A stretch of DNA of 64,000 nucleotides, from assembly GCA_011109175.1 (NCBI GenBank), contig RDEW01000001.1, positions 245,343 to 309,342 on the forward strand, in the 5' to 3' direction. The number at the start of each line of letters is the position of its first letter. The first letter of the stretch is position 1. The notes below the pieces were generated by a model, which made no database searches, was not told where the DNA came from, and saw only the letters and a program-made list of their open reading frames with translations. The position numbers and the translations under genes were made by a program. The DNA comes from Dicyema japonicum. Lineage: Eukaryota > Animalia > Dicyemida. Positions 26,301-39,124 of this stretch are shown piece by piece.

Positions 26301-29300
26301 CCCGACATTGGCGGATACCACTAATCGAGTCCACGTGACATTTCTATATCTCTCTATGTATTAATAAAAGTGAAATAACCGTGAAAATCTACGTTTCCAC
26401 TTCTGACCCCGACTACATTCGATCCGAATATGGGGAACGTTTTTGACAAAAACTTTGAGTGCAGCTCTATCAAAGCTTGATGCTGGAATGGTCTGCCTTC
26501 ACTCCCAATCTAAATTAAATTTATATTAGCTTACTCTCAATGATCCGTTATTTGTGATGAAAATATTTTCCGCGTGAAGTTCGACGTCTTCTCATCAAAT
26601 GTTAGTGATCCCCCTAATTATCCTCCCTACTAATCACCGTTTATTAGAAGAATCTGAAGTACAGGTGTGTTGACGTCAAGTAGGATATTTAATCCATGTG
26701 GTATTACAACAATTTCACCAGCCTTGGGTATATCGTAACCTCCCCAGGTAAATCGCGAAGACCAGACGTTCACATACTCGAATATGACATCTGAGACATT
26801 TCTCTAAATTTATCACATCGTTTGACTAACAGCTACTGCTAATCCACTTTTCGAAGAATAAACTTGTACGGGGACCTAGCGTTTCCGTGGTGGAGACGAC
26901 TCACATTGGATCAGAGAATTGTTGATAAATCTTATGATGCAGACAGAACCGTCAATTGTGACATTGGTCGCATTCTGGTCATTCCTGGTTGTTAACAAAA
27001 CGTATTGACCTGAAACCGAATCCATAAATTGAGAGATTAGTTCCTCCCCCAGTTCCTCCTCTTTTGGGGGTAACATAGTAAATGAAGGAAGTATCACTCG
27101 AATTGTAAGTAAATTGATTGGAGTAGTTTATAATTGCTGTGCTTGTGTTTATGGTGACTGAGCAGTTCGTGTCATTTTGCGAATCTACAATAAGCATGTG
27201 AGGATCACAAGTCATCGTGGGAGTCTCAACCAGCATTTCGGAGTGATTCGACAGTGATAAAATTCTAGAATATATTCCACAAATCGAAATATTCATGTCT
27301 CGAGTGAATCCATTTCCACGCACCTGAACCACCTGCTTGCCTCCATATCCCCCTAATCAATGCAACCAAAGTCTACCTCTCCCTGGGTATATATCCGATA
27401 TGGATAGCACGTTGGTGTAGTTTTCCACAGAGTTTGAGTCTCCGTAAATAAGATGTTTGATTTTTATGGAATAATTCCCATACCCTTGGTCGGGTGCTGA
27501 ACAAGATATTATAAACAGAGAAAATGATATAATATTGCATATCTCGTTCCCTATAAGCACGATGTTGTCGCTTTCATTACCCACGAAACCTAGTTAATTG
27601 ATAGATTATTGACTACCACTCCCAGCAATTAAAATTTGAGTATTTGCACTTCCACTCATCGGCCTTACGAAGCCTATCATCGGACTTTTACTGGGTTCAT
27701 AACTAAACGCTAGTTGGTTGAAGGAATATGAGGCACTGATCACAGACAGGTTTTTACTCACACTCGTTAATAAGCGGGGTGTCAGACAAAATAACTATTT
27801 TATATACTAAAAACCCACCTCGTTTACTTGACACTGAGTTATTCTACAGGTTACGTTTTCCATAGTAGCCGTTATGTTGTTACAGTTGAATCCGAATCCC
27901 GTTATTTTTACCGTCGTTCCCCCATGGGTGCTACCAGAAGCTGGTTCTACCGTCGAGGTATATCCATAGCTATTTATCGTGTTATTCACTCTAAATTCAG
28001 CTTTCCCGTATCCTTCGACGTCCAATGAAAGCTGATGTTCTCCAACATCCAGATATGGAATCAGAAAGTAAACTCCACTTTGGGAGTTATTCAGTGAGTA
28101 GTACACCCTGTTTTGCATTCTCAATATACTCCTCCCGTTCACTGACGTCACATTTATCCCCGACAGTTTTATGGTCGTGTTTGGTCCCGTAATATTCGTG
28201 GGTTCAATTCGTAATACGAATGGCGTAAAATTTTGGGAGTAGTGGAATCCGATATTGTTAGTGTTCACTGCGTAATAACTTCTACCCCCCGTTACTTTGA
28301 CCGATATATTTAGGATGGCATCAACCGAGTGATTTTGAGTTCGACATAATATTTGAGTCCCATTTAGAGATTCGATGAAGCACGAATTGGGACCAATCCT
28401 GACTTGTGTTGAATTTACGTCGAATTTCCATCCGGTTATTGTGATCAAAGTATCTCCCTTAGTTGATCCCTTGTTAAGGACAACCGTTGATATTTCGGGC
28501 ATAAGATAAACAGAGTTCATTGAATCCTTTGAAAGTTGGAAAAGTCCGTATCCATCGTTTTTAGTCCAAACTCTCATCAGCCTTTTGTAGCCAAATGAAG
28601 AGTTCTGCAGTTCGTCCATTTTGCAGGTAATTCTAGTTTTATTGGATTCCAAGACGACGCATCGTTGGCCATCAATGCTGACGGAGTTCTGGCATGTTCT
28701 GCCACCAAAATTAGTCCCTGTATTTCCCAAATATATTATACCAGTAATGATTATACTCCCATAGAAGCCCCTATTTGGCTGGGAGACGGAGAGGATTTTC
28801 GGACCCCCACAATTTGAATAGGTAAAGTTAAAGTCAGAAATCAGGGTACAATTATTTACTATATTCGGGCAATTAGGGGGTTGAGGCTGGGTTAGACTGT
28901 TGTTTACTGATAAAATAATAATAACCGCATACATGCATATTCTGGAAGAATACCCACCATCGTCACATTTAGGGGGAACGATTCATCTGTGTTATTGACC
29001 ACATTCACGATTCCCTTCAAGAACAAATCACGGTCGGCAACGACCGGGAGAGACCAGTAAAAGTACTTCCCCGGCTTTAGAAACTGATGTTTATATGTTC
29101 CTTGTAAATTTAAAGCATGAAATACCAGAATTTGAAGCATTTCCGCTAACGAATCCCCGAGAAAGGAATTTCGTATTTGTGAGGGAGTGTGTTTGATGAA
29201 TCTTATAATTTATAGAGGTAATTCCAAGTGGAGAGAACCACTCCCACATTACATAGTCGCCAACTCGGATTGTTACTTCGTCAGGCAGCCATCGGTACCC

Positions 29301-32300
29301 CTTTCCATTTTCTATATATTAGTAATATCAGTACGTGAATGTACCCCAAGGTTTGTTACTTTTTGTACATTCGCACTCTCGGATGTTTTGCAGCTTAAAA
29401 ATGTTGAATTTACGAAATTCACTTCACATCGATGGTTCCCCAATCTTACTGAGATTTCGGAGCTATTTCCAAGACCTTCTCCACCAATGCTCAGTTCAGT
29501 TCCTCCAAAGATGGACCCACCAGTTGGGAACATTGACGTAATCTTAAACACATAAATCAAGTTGTATTGGCTGAGTCTTAATTTTCAAAACGAATACTTG
29601 TTGATTACTCCGTTTCGGGTTTTTGCCTCAAAAGAATAATTTCCGGGAGACAAAGACGGAGTAAGGAAATAGTAAGAGTAATTAGAGCAGGAAGACTGGT
29701 TGATTTCAACGTTGTTTATATTCAAGACTACAGTTTCATTTCCACATAGCAAATTACTTATATTGAGTGTTAATGTTTGACTCCCTTGGCTGAATAAAAA
29801 ACGCCAACCTGCGACACTAAGATGAGTAGGATGCACCCCCGAAACCATGGGAGTTGTCGAATCTTCGTAAACAATAATTCCAGCGTGATAGAATCTGTTT
29901 AAATTAAATAACGAAATTCTGTATATTCCAATGGACTATTAAATCGTTAAAATTTGGATACGTTTTGGATTGGGGTCACAAACGTCATTCTGTACATTGA
30001 CCTCCTTACAATCACCGCGGACTTTGAATCGACAAGGATCGTCATGTTTGCTTGGAACCCGAAGCCATTGATAGTCAAATATTCACCCCCTAAGTATAAC
30101 AGATTTAGCCACCATTGATGGAACTAACATTCCTGGAGATGTTGGTAACAGATATTTGAGGATTTAGACAAAACTCTTGGGCCAATCTGGCGTATCCGAT
30201 AGGGTCTACCAATACGGAAACGTTGCAGAGGACGTTTATGTCATTTCGAATACTTAACGAACAGTTTATTTCGTTGGGGGAAGATTGAAATGGCACACAG
30301 TCGTTCCCACCAAGCAGAATAGTATTTGATGATAAATTTGCGCTGAATAGAGTCCCTCGTAGTGTTATGTTAGTTTCGGGATTTTGTACTAAACATGATC
30401 AGTTAGTAAACTCGAAAGAGGCTCAATTGAGGTGACTGTTGGTGTAGACATGTTAGCTACTGAAAAAGAACAATTCCCAGAGCAAAGGGAAGGAGATTCG
30501 TTTATTATAACCTCAACTTGTGGCTCGGAAAACTTTTGTCTTACCATTGATTGTGGAATATACGTACGAAGGTGACCGTCAGCCACTAAATAGTGGGATA
30601 TTTGAATTCGATCATTTGATGTGTTCACCTAAAAATTCATTTGACGAATGTGACCTGAATCGATTCGGCATTCCCCTTCTACGACAGGAGAGCTATGTAA
30701 TACCGAGAATTTTCGCAGTTGGAGTACCCAGATACGTACAGTATCCCAATGTCGGGGAAATATTCCAAGACACTTTTCATGTTGGTCGCATTCAGTTGAG
30801 CTTTAATATCTCAGAAATGCTACTGTATAAGGGAATGTCGCAATACTCCCATGTAGTATGGTTCAAGTCAATGTAGCACCAAGGACCTAAGGGTTTTCCG
30901 TCGGGATTTCTGCAGAAATTATATTCTTGCCATTTACTAAAAGGCTCAACCTGAAGAATTCCATTTCTGGCATTTAAATCCGTTTTTCGTAACTGAAGTA
31001 GTCCCAGCATAATTTGTCTCCGCTACAGTGACTTTACAGTCGACGACTAAATCACGTTTATAACATTCCAATAACCTTCTGAGGCTTTGATAGTCTTCCT
31101 GTTGAAAGTGAATACTAGATCTCCTTCAGAGGGGGAGCTCATATTTGAAATTTTTTGACAGTATGGAAAATTTTGATTATTTGATATCTACGAATCACTC
31201 TATATCGCTGAGAACCATAGCAGGGGGAATATTTCCGAAGCAGTAATTCAACTGATAAGTCACGTTGAGATGATTTAAAAATTTTGAAACGCTTATACGA
31301 CGTACGGAATATTTACTCGGGGGAAGCACTCTCTGATTGGTCAAAATTGCTGAATCAATTAAATCAAAAAACATATTTTATCCGTATTTCTGCGAGTAGT
31401 GCTTAGAGAAACGAGATCATAATAGACCAGTCCCGTGTTAATCACTTCCGCCAACTTTACAAGGACGATCGACGACTGGACGTCACTCATCAGCTGTACA
31501 AGGTCAACACACTCGTAATTCCATTCCCTTTAAAGTGACAAGTCCCATATCAAACAATATTGAATCTTGTAGGGATAAATTGTATGTATTCGAGGAATAG
31601 GTTTTCCCGTCCGTAGAATATACGATATACAAGGAATTTGGGGGATATCCGTTGTAGGCAAAACACAGCTTGTTATAGAAGATTATAATTACCATTTTGA
31701 ACGTTACTATGTTGGGTTTGTTTCTCAAAGCTTCGAAATTTAAAATCTCAATTAGGTTTTTATTAGAGTGTCCCCCACAGAATGCGTTACCAAAGTAGTT
31801 ATCGGAAGTTTCAAAGTCCTCCACGAAAAATACTGAATTTGACAATTTATCGAAATCTTTAGGACACCGAATTTCATAGGCCTTCATGAGTTGTTTCTCA
31901 ATCTAATCATTAAGCAAGCGATACCTTGCTGGTATTAAAATTTAAAGAAATTGGCGGTAAGTTGTAATTTTCGCTTTTTAATAGCAAATAGTAACTCCCA
32001 GAAGTTCCATTAGCTATTTTATTGAGAAAATAGTGTGAGACAGACTCGTTTACACTCAAAAAAGAGAGTGACGTGGAATCACCTATAATAATCTAAAAAC
32101 AAACCCGGATGTATCGTGAAATGTAAAACGAAGTTTGTAGTGTTTTCAGTATTCGTATAGTTCTCTACATTTACAAGGTAATCCCCCAAGATTGGGTGTT
32201 GGTCAACTTTGGCTTGTAGAAGCTGTGACGTGTCGCTGCTTTTTAAAATTTCTAGTGTAAGCTCACTCTCAACCCGTTTCAACGCTATTGAAGCTTATTC

Positions 32301-34146
32301 GGTATTCCGCATTGGTCTTATTTTTATAAATCCGCACTCCGATGAGATCCCCAAGTGGGGACACTAATTGGTTGGGAAAGAAGCAACTCTACCCTGTAAG
32401 TTAGGTAATACATGTTGCTCTGGAATGTAGTAATAATTCATGCTAATAATCTGCTTTTCTGGGACAACCAATGGGAGGGAGATCCATTAATATGGGGATT
32501 CGAAAAGTTTGAAATCCACGCGGCAAGTGGACTCCCCGTTGTATTTTTTGAGTATAGTTATGTAATATCTTAACGTAAGTGATATCACAACCCTCTGTCT
32601 TTGAGCAAATAAAATCTCTTAAATGTATATTGGTCGCAGATTGTGACCTATGAGTGAGTACTTTGTACTGAATCAGTAAATTTGAAGCAAAATAAAGTCA
32701 AGGACTTGTCGTTCATGTCAAATTGATAGTGTCCACTTTTTGGTGGACGGAATATTCCCGATAGTCTGATACTCATGTCTCCCGTAGGAAGTTTTATGTT
32801 TCCAGACAATCCTCTAATCCTCCCATAGCCAGCATCCGCGGAAGTGTTGTTCTGTATCTCCCTTAAACTGGAAAAATTCGAAGAGGAGTTCCAATATTCT
32901 AACAGGAATCCTCGACTCCCTAAAATATCAAGGTTCAAGAAAACCGGAATAGAAGGTTCCGTTAAAGTCCTTATCCGCCTTACAAACAATTTTATGCTTA
33001 TTGATGGATCTTATCGTGCATGTTCTCCCTGCATAAGTTATACATAGCGATTCAACCCCCAACTAAAGCGACAGTGCTGTCATTGTAAAAGTTACGACCA
33101 AATATCGTCGAAATAGTACCTCCCTGTTGACTGCCCAAATTGGGGGTGATTCATGTTATTTCTACAATTAGGAATGCAGTAAACCCGCGTATGCCTCATA
33201 CTGTCCGTATTTCAGATTATTGAATAGCATTACTGACTGAGAAATCGATCTGATTGTGAAATCTTAAACAAACCTCCCATAGTTTCTGTCAATAATTACA
33301 CTCCCGTTGATTCCCCCAATCCTGACATTCGAAAGTTTACATTTGAACTTCCCATTGGTTGGGGAAGTCAAATTAAAGTCATATCTATGTTACCGATAAA
33401 ACTACGGTTCATTGGTAGTCTGATTCACAACTTCGCAGGTTTCACCCCCAAAATATATTCTAGCATTAAAAATGACTTCAACCTCGTAAATTTCGGTTTG
33501 ACTTCATTAGAGACTCCGACTTTATTGTTCAAATAAATCGTAGAGTAAAATATCCCAGTGACGGTGATGAGTTGGTCTGAAAACATTATACGACTCAACC
33601 TGGGGGAACCGTTTGAGGATCTATTTGAGTGATCTTGGGAGTGCAGTACGACCGAGTCTTGAAATCAAATTTCAAATTACAAAGAACATGCACCTACTTG
33701 CTGATTTGTCTCGGCAAATTTGATTACTCGGTATTCTTACTCCGTCCACGTGCACCAAAATGTTATAGTTCCCATAAGGCATGGTTCTAAACTGTGTGAC
33801 TTGAGTTACTCAGTGAAGCAGAATATTGCCTTGCTGTGCGTTAAATCTGTGCGGATGTTGCATTTGTAAGATTAGGTCGAGGTGTACAGGTAAACCACGT
33901 TCTCTTTGGTGTTCTGACCCCCAATATTCAACGTGAACGCTTCATCAGAGAACCTCAACTAAGTAATGGATCAAACCGTCCCCTGTTATTTCTATCAAAG
34001 TTTCTCCAGCAATGGACCCACATCGAGGATAGATGTGATCGACGTGGGGGGTTACTTTGTTTACCAAATCGAATACAATTTTGAGCGCAGGATAATATCA
34101 AAAGTGTGAATAAAGAAAGATCCCTTGGGCTCATATATTCTTGCAT
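20338..34146 (-). pseudogene. PKHD1L1: Fibrocystin-L (PKHD1L1-like) gene: IPT/TIG repeats, PA14, kringle, two G8 + beta-helix modules, C-terminal TM; many disruptions
   Basis: Signal peptide then IPT (HVDHIYPRCGSIAGETLIEITG); repeated P..GS..GGT..I.G.GF; G8 (WSSRFTWGG..P.AGEIVVIP..ILLDV); GQAFRLGRYPIHFH, FFLEDGIET, NPSDCVDMDCDG, HGWCNGYTCQLRISTFYAIV; TM LILGISLGSVAFVGIASAVIW. Many 22-27 nt GT-AG introns. In-frame TAG at 26876 and TGA at 20464 plus many frameshifts. Identity is confident; pseudogene status is less so. Confidence 0.85.
30830..31045 (-). other. Kringle domain inside the PKHD1L1-like gene
   Basis: [18 protein letters not shown]..(frameshift)..[36 protein letters not shown] matches the kringle consensus. 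Confidence 0.9.
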
Positions 34147-34258
34147 TTTATCATTTGTTTTTATATGAATCGTTTATTTTAAATTATTTATCGATTGATT
34201 GATTGTATGTATAACCATATCAACCCTTATTTGGGATTAATTTCTCAGATTAAATGAC

Positions 34259-35163
34259 ATGTCAATCACATTTCAAAACAAATTGAAATTTTCTCTAGCA
34301 ACCTACATCAAAGTGCCTTCTATGACAGCCAAAATGTTGAAAAGGAAGTATCCTGACTTTATTCCTGTGGAGACTGTCTGTGGTATGGGATTCTTGACAG
34401 TGGGGTTTTTAAATCGACTCGGGACTCAGATTTCCACGCGTTCGGACGATCTTAGTGAACTCCATTGGATATTCGAGATGAATTCTAAGATCAGTGCGGT
34501 TTGAGATTCTTCATTTAATTATACGGAATTAAGCTTTTTTTACTTTGGTAAATATATTTTTTGATTATTGGTATTTTTAACAAATATTTGTTTCTGAGAA
34601 GTGCCATTGTCTACCGTCTCTCGGGAGCTGAGCCTGATTTGTTGCTGACGATGTTGTTTATTTGTTTTTGTTTGAAAAATATATTTAATCGAGCTATTGG
34701 GGCATTTCGTCTCCAAACCCATCAAAGCCGAAACTTCGGGGGTTCGAAATCCAAATCACTGTCTTTCTACGGGATTTCGGATCGTTCATAACAAAAAAGG
34801 GGGAAAGACAACTGAATAATAAGATTTCAATCACGGAAGCTGCTACAACAATTTTTTATTCTAAAACTCGAATGAGGATTCTTGAGGAGATGTTGCATGG
34901 GGAATAGTAACAAGGTACAATGAGCTCATAGAATACATATTTCACCCACTACTTAATTTGAAGTGAAGAATGAAAGGATTGAAGACTCCTTGTGCAGTTG
35001 TTGGAAAGAGTTTTCATTCGGACATATAAGCCTGATTGAAATTAATGGAAATAATGCCGTTTCAATTATTTACAAGTGGAGTGTAAGTAACTATGGAAAT
35101 GTGACCTTTCTAAGACTTGGAAATAATGTCACGTCCTATGCCGTCGGTGTGACAGCAAACTAA
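34259..35163 (+). other. Possible fragmented unknown gene head-to-head with PKHD1L1
   Basis: A chain of short protein-like ORFs begins about 110 bp from the PKHD1L1 start; no recognisable motif. Confidence 0.25.
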
Positions 35164-36456
35164 TTTACTATAAATTGGTAAAGTCGTTTAGTATTATTCT
35201 TGGATCACCGGGTTAATAGGAAAAACCCAACTAACTAAGTGACACAGACCTCGATGGGGGAAGTCCTATCCGACGTGGACGAAATCCTGGATGGTTTGAA
35301 AATATATATGGTTAGCCGACGACGTGGTGGCATTTGAAAGAAAAGAGCTACACTTTCCTTATCCATGTGTTGAGGTGGACCAACAAGGAAGAGTCGCTTA
35401 TTAATATCTAAAAAACTAAATATGAAATTTTGGTGGACAAAATTTATTTAGTTTTTTTGGTACTGATATTTCAGTTCACTGGGTCAAAGAGAAATAAATA
35501 AAAAGTTCTCAACTAACTAAGTGATCTAAATGATCAACGAGAGGACGAGTATGAAGGGGTCGAGATTCCAGTACTGCTCTTCTTATCGGAAATGGCATCG
35601 GCTCAACCTTTTTGTATGATTGTAGATATTCTGACCCAAAACCGGCTCTGCAACGGTCTCCATTAAGAGTTTTCGTTGTAATTCTATTTTCGATCGGTTG
35701 GATATTGTCGCCTGGTCAAATAATCTTTATTGCAGCTTCCTGAGTGTGGATAGTGTTAGAGATGAGGAGTGGGAAATCAAAATCGCCACGATGGACTTGC
35801 ATAAGTCATCATTGGTCATATAAATTGGTCATAAACATCCCAACTACATGGTATAGTTAGTTAAGGCACATCCGCGTTACCAGTAAACACTGTTTATGGT
35901 TTCGCTTGTGCCATGTTTTTCGACATCCTTTCCGTTAGTTCCGTCCTTTACGTGGTCGTGCTCGTTTCTAGATTTTGTCCAGTTCGTCAGCATCTATCAG
36001 TCGGCCCCCGATCACTGCGTGATCCTCCGCGAGTTTTCTTGGAAGACAATTTCTCGGACGTTCTCTGAATGCAGGAGATACAATATGGCCGAAATATGTT
36101 TTGAAAACTCTTCCATGTCTGTTCATCCATCCGTAGAATATGTCCAAAAAGGCGCCAGCCTGATTCAAGTACGATTAGACTTATTGGTCCACAATCAGTC
36201 AGAATAGTTTATTGTCTGACATTTTCTTTGGCCAAGAGTATCCAAGAACACAAGAACACATGGCCAAGATCATGAGAAAGCATGTGCAACACGAAAAGTT
36301 AACAATCTAATTAAATTCGCCCATCTTTTTCGATCTGTTGCCATGTTCCGTAGCATATCTAGATCGTCCCCATCTGTAAGGCACTTTCCAATCCTCCTGA
36401 GATCTTCATATAGGATTACCGGCAGTGTTGTCCTCTAAAACGAAAAGCCTCTAAGA

Positions 36457-37540
36457 CAGAGGTTGTCAAACGGTGTGCCGCCTGCCAAATACAAATTTGA
36501 ATAAATTTATATACATTTTTGACCTAATTAATTTAAAAAGATAAACGAATTAAAATAATTACTAAAATTAAAATAATCATTTTTTTATTATACATTAAAT
36601 GACATTTACAGGTGGCTTAGTGGTTAGGTGTCGGGCTTAAGTGGCTTAGGCTACGGGTTCGAATCTCGCTGCTGTTCACCTGGTGGAAGGTTCCACGCAT
36701 CTACGATGCGGAAAGGGTTTGACGAGTAACGCTGTCATCAGTGAATACTCACTGCGGAACTGGATTGTCTAGAAAAGACACTCACACAAGAAAAAGAAAA
36801 AAAAGAAGTGAAGATCATTCCTCGGTTCTACGATTAGTTGAAATTAACTGTTCTTTAATTAAATAAAGTGTGTGTCCTGCCTATGCGGAGCTAATACCAC
36901 GGCTCCGTGAAGAAGGCTGTTATTATTATTAAATGACATTTACATTGGTTAACCATTATTTATTAATTTTTAATAACGTGCGCATCAACGTGCTTATATG
37001 GTAAATCAGTTCGTCGTTCTTATAAAGATTCTTATTTGTCATTTGGATGTATATGCAAAGATAAAAATAAACTACCTCAATGTCTAATTTGCATGGAAGG
37101 TTTTGGCAAATGATGCTATGGTTCCTAGCAAACTAAAGAGACATTTTACATCCAAGCATCCGGACTATTCCGAAAAATCTGTGGATTATTTTAACCATTT
37201 GAACAAAACAACTTAAGTATTATTTAGTTTTTACTATGAATCGTAGATCTGATGTTCAGTGAAACTTTTTTAAACACAAAAGAATCATTGAAATGTTCAT
37301 ACCTGATCTCAGAAGTGATAGCAAAACAACTAAGACCTCACATTATTGGCGAAAACTTGATAATCCCTGCTTGTCGTATTACTGCTCGGACTATGTTTGG
37401 TCATAAATATGAACAAAAAATAATGAAGATACCTTTGTCAAATAATACTGTTTCTCGTCGGATTTGTGCTGAAATGCGAGTGCCTCTGTCAACCATTCGA
37501 CCTGATATTGATGATATATGCAAAAACAATAATAATTAAG
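36457..37540 (+). mobile_element. Internally deleted hAT (Charlie/Buster, ZBED5/SCAND3-like) transposon
   Basis: TIR-like start cagaggttgtcaaac; BED finger PQCLICME..NDAMVPSKLKRHFTSKHP; GENLIIPAC..KIPLSNNTVSRRI spliced by deletion to C-terminal EMRVPLSTIRPDIDDIC. No right TIR found. Confidence 0.85.
36611..36927 (+). mobile_element. Full-length tRNA-derived SINE (about 317 bp) nested in the hAT element
   Basis: A box TGGCTTAGTGG (36613), B box GGTTCGAATC (36656), (tta)n tail, 17-bp TSD attaaatgacatttaca (36594-36610 and 36928-36944). Confidence 0.92.
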
Positions 37541-37560
37541 AATTCATTTTTTTATTAATA

Positions 37561-37633
37561 AAAATTTGGGCATTAAATTACCAATTTTTGTACTTAGTAA
37601 AATTTGGCATTAAATTACCAATTTTTGTACTTA
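37561..37633. repeat. Two-copy ~37-bp tandem repeat
   Basis: aaaatttg(g)gcattaaattaccaatttttgtactta present twice. Confidence 0.85.
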
Positions 37634-38699
37634 AAGAAGATACATTAGAAATGAAGAAGAAATGTATGTTTATTTTCTTCAAATTATATATATTATTTGA
37701 TTCTCACAAATAATGTTGACATGTTGCAGACAAATAACAATTTGGGATACAGATAGCCCGGAAAAGAAATATATCCAAAATATTCTTGATATGAAGCAGC
37801 TTTCAATTCTGAGAGTGAACAGCCACGAAGTGAGGGCAGCAACTAAATGATATAAACCCATTATTTTTAATTTTTGAACCATAAAATAAATAGATTATTG
37901 ATACCTAATAATTTTTGATACAAATAGAGTGGAAAACTAAGATTACCAAAATAATCCTGACATGATGCATATACCATTACAATTTTAAATGCAAAATCCT
38001 GGAGGAGAAACTTAGTCAAGAGATAAATAGGGAAAATCCTAAATTATATTTAAAAAATACAATAAGTTACACCAAAGGCCTTCAAGCTTTCACCAAAAAA
38101 TACAAATCATAAATTAAATTCAAAAAATACAATTGTTTATGGTGGACAGATGGGTTTATGAAAAAAGAAATTGGAATCCTCATATTGTAGCCAAATTTAC
38201 AAAACTGGATAAGCACTTCGAATAAATCCTTAGAGATATTTCTGGAATTTATCTTAACACCGAAGACAAAGTTTCACAAATCACTATTCTAGTGTGAAAG
38301 ATTTGCTAGAAAGCATAAGGATAAAGGAATTGTTAGTTTGATAACACCATTGATCCAAAAGTCTTTCTCGGGTAGCTGAGAATGATTCCAGAACGCGTTA
38401 GCATAGAACGAAATTGTATGCTTGTGGAATAAATAGTTTGACCCTTTAAAATCCCAACAAGGCATTGGGCGTAACTGAATAAGGAGGATCCAATAACGCC
38501 AATAGATGGAAAAAAAGAAATTCTAAACTAATTAGCAATAACAGAACATGGCGCCTCGTATCAAGTTATGGCTAAATAGTTCAGGAGAGAAATTAGTCAT
38601 GCAGAGATTTTTAGTTTCATTAGTTAGTGAAAAGCTACTTCTTGTAACCCTAAAAGTGTTTCGATTGAGCCATGCTATACAGCCATCATCGCCACACCA

Positions 38700-39115
38700 T
38701 CTTGTTGCTGGTAATCATTAGAACGTCATCCAGGTTATATGCTGTTACCAAGTTAAGACCGATTGTTTCGTAATCATCTTTTAAGCAAATTGGTAGTGTA
38801 TTTCTGGGTCTGCCTCGAAATCCGTTACTTCCGGCGCAGTAGAAATATTCTTCATTATCCTGTTACACGGCGTAGTCGCGTCCAGACAAAAAAATGTCGA
38901 ATTAGTTGTTATCTCGATAGAATGAAGTCCATGCTAATTGGAGTAGATTTACATGGAGCAGATTGTTACTCGTTTGAGATTTTTCTCGAAGAGAAGGTTT
39001 TAGTCAGTATACGTAGTTGGCTTCTGTGGCAAGTATATAGCCTCTCTAAATCGTTTTTGAGGTTGCCCGTGTTCCGGAATTGTATATTAGTATTGGCTGG
39101 ATAAACGTGTTTTTT
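38700..39115 (-). mobile_element. RTE LINE 3' fragment (inverted)
   Basis: Minus strand: IQPILIYNSGT.. and GFRGRPRNTLPICLK. Confidence 0.7.
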
Positions 39116-39124
39116 GGTGAGGTG

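Noticed and set aside
35250-36450. Degenerate gypsy pol fragments on the minus strand
   Set aside because: Only faint ADA.S-like hints; no RT or integrase core recognisable.
36611-36680. tRNA gene
   Set aside because: Has A and B boxes but no proper cloverleaf, and continues into a SINE body with a tail and a 17-bp TSD.
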